Assembly (NCBI GenBank): GCA_051294375.1
Contig: JBJCIZ010001260.1
Span: 1 to 10,756 of the forward strand
Direction: 5' to 3'
From: Paraspadella gotoi
Lineage: Eukaryota; Animalia; Chaetognatha
Length of the DNA stretch: 10,756 nt
The position numbers and the translations under genes were made by a program. Positions 9,053-10,756 of the stretch are shown one piece after another (position 1 is the first letter of the stretch; each line of letters begins with the position of its first letter). The notes under the pieces were generated by a model that was given only the letters and a program-made list of their open reading frames with translations, made no database searches and was not told the DNA's origin.

Positions 9053-9427
9053 AACAATATCGAAATATGTATTTATCGGGTCACAAGTGATAGAAGGAGA
9101 AGACGAGGCTAGATATTCTTCACTTTCTCTTATTTAAAAATTTTAAATTTCAGATAAAACAAAATGGACAGAAATTACTTTCTTTGCCCCAATTGCTCAT
9201 TGACACCATTTCCCTCATTTAATTTTCCTGCCCTGTCGTCAATTTGGCAAGACAAAGTCTCCTTATGTCTGCCTCCAACCGCCAGACAATGTTGGGTGTC
9301 TTTTTTGAGATTGATAATTGTTGCGCGATTTTTAGTTGAAGATTTTTTACAATTGTTTGCTGCTTTGGGAAGTATGTTAAAGATATCTCGCCTCGCTTAA
9401 CCTTTTTCGTCATTTGACCACTTTTAG

Positions 9428-9562
9428 GCCAATTAATTTTATGGGCATATATTCGCGGGCAGTTGTCTCCCGCCTCAATTTTCCGTTGCGGCGCCTGCGA
9501 TGGGCTACATCACACGTCGCTTCATGAGTTCCATGAATGTTTGAGCTGCCTCAACTTTCTGG
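9428..9562 (+). CDS. Candidate 135-nt symmetric exon or retroelement relic encoding a Cys/His-rich motif (CGACDGLHHTSLH..CLSC)
   Basis: ttttAG at 9422-9427, GTAACT at 9563, phase 1-1 and stop-free: (G)QLILWAYIRGQLSPASIFRCGACDGLHHTSLHEFHECLSCLNFL. The Cx2Cx3HHxxLH pattern resembles the last knuckle of Bel/Pao Gag. Confidence 0.3.
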
Positions 9563-9991
9563 GTAACTTTCGAGATGGCGACGATCGTGATTTCAAATGT
9601 TTGTCTATTACAAAATGATTAAAAACAGTTCACAAATCATAAAAAGTCCATTAATATATAAACAAAGGGTCTTAAAACCTCAATTTTCAGAGAGATTTTT
9701 CGATCGTAGTAGTAAGTTTCACTTAAAATCTCACAAATACTGTTTCGCCCGGTGAAAGAACGTTTTGCCTCGTCTTTATATCTTTATCTCGGTCACATGA
9801 ACGCGTCCTTATTTTAAGCATTTTTATGGTCAATTTTTGCTCTGGTCGTCTCAACGTTTAGCGAGAATCTCGATCAATTTTCATTTGTTTTCTGGATCGC
9901 ATCATGAAATTTTAATCGTCCGTTCGAAACTTCGTTTCTACGAGTTTCTGTACCGTGTTTTGTGTGTTTTCCAAATAAAATTCGTTTCTAG

Positions 9992-10510
9992 AACTCTTGT
10001 CGATATATTTTGAATGGACGACGCTTGGAACGTTAGTCTCCGCGGGCGAGAATATAGATTCTTCTACAGTAGAAACGAAGAAACTGCTTCACGGATATAA
10101 CGTCGAATTTTTGCAATAAAAAGACGACGCTCAAAATTCTCTCGTCCATCGACGACGTTCATTTTCATTTACGTAAAAAAGTGCGCGCTTGAATTTCCTT
10201 CAACCTTTATTGAAGTTTCAATGGATTTGAAAAAGATTCTTGTTACTAGTCTGAAAGAAAAAAAGGCTATGAATGAAACAAGGACTAAAGAACTCGCTAA
10301 CGAAATCTTTGGAAGAATTGAAGAACGATTCGGAAACCTTGAAAAATAGTTTCGTGAATCCACTGCCCTCAATGAGGCGGCGATGAAAAGGATTATGGCA
10401 GACTCTGCCGCAGAGACTTGGGCTCAATTTGGAAAAAATGAAAGAAGACGAGATTTCTGCTAAAGATCATGAGCTTTTTCAAAATCAAAATAATTTTAAA
10501 AAATCTGACC
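9992..10510 (+). pseudogene. Interrupted coding-like region for a charged, probably alpha-helical protein of unknown family
   Basis: After ttcgtttctAG (9990-9991): LLSIYFEWTTLGTLVSAGENIDSSTVETKKLLHGYNVEFLQ*KDDAQ / ILSSIDDVHFHLRKK / CALEFPSTFIEVSMDLKKILVTSLKEKKAMNETRTKELANEIFGRIEERFGNLEK*FRESTALNEAAMKRIMADSAAETWAQ / EKMKEDEISAKDHELFQ. The inferred frameshifts fall at homopolymers; stops are TAA 10117-10119 and TAG 10347-10349. Confidence 0.45.
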
Positions 10511-10541
10511 ACTATTCTTTCTCAATTCTTTGTTGGACACA

Positions 10542-10581
<40 letters not shown>
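10542..10581. repeat. (TC)n microsatellite, ~40 bp
   Basis: Directly visible perfect run. Confidence 0.97.
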
Positions 10582-10583
<2 letters not shown>

Positions 10584-10756
10584 ATAAAAGTCTTATTTTT
10601 TTATTCGCGACATTTTCTTTTGGAAACACACGTTAAACTGGGTGAAATCACGAACGCTTGTCTCCGCGGGTGTGAATTCAAAAAGATGTTGAAAAGTGTT
10701 GAAGGTAATAAGCACCCTAATAAATATCTGTTTGGTAGTATCCTTATAACGGTCTG

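Noticed and set aside
9164-9400. 78-aa ORF with LIIVARFLV resembling an MFS transporter helix
   Set aside because: It is a single short hydrophobic word, there are several stops downstream in frame, and no other transporter motifs are present.
9961-10631. Imperfect inverted match tgtgtgttttccaaa / tttggaaacacac as transposon TIRs
   Set aside because: Only about 13 bp, gapped and low complexity, with no target-site duplication identified.
5660-10670. Repeated 11-mers tcgggtcacaa (5660, 9076) and gtctccgcggg (10036, 10660)
   Set aside because: Several 11-mer matches are expected by chance in 10.7 kb and the similarity barely extends.

Overview
This window looks like eukaryotic nuclear DNA. 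It is AT-rich, has about ten long (GA)n/(TC)n microsatellites and poly-A/T runs, and alternates CpG-rich islands with CpG-poor blocks. I recognise no operon, RNA gene, CRISPR array or named gene, and most supplied ORFs are translations of low-complexity sequence. The clearest structure is a head-to-tail array of about 4.7 copies of a ~324-325 bp unit (7443-9003). Its copies differ almost only by single-base indels, which suggests unpolished long-read noise. My hand-built consensus of the unit shows a protein-like minus-strand frame that no single copy displays. Other candidates are a 135-nt Cys/His-rich possible exon (9428-9562), a broken helical-protein frame (9992-10510), a possible terminal exon (793-894), and a ~400 bp CpG-poor block with a 99-codon open frame between inverted microsatellite arms (4814-5446). 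Several protein-like frames continue through isolated stop codons, which could reflect pseudogenes, chance, or (speculatively) a variant genetic code. All coding calls are tentative and no database search was run.
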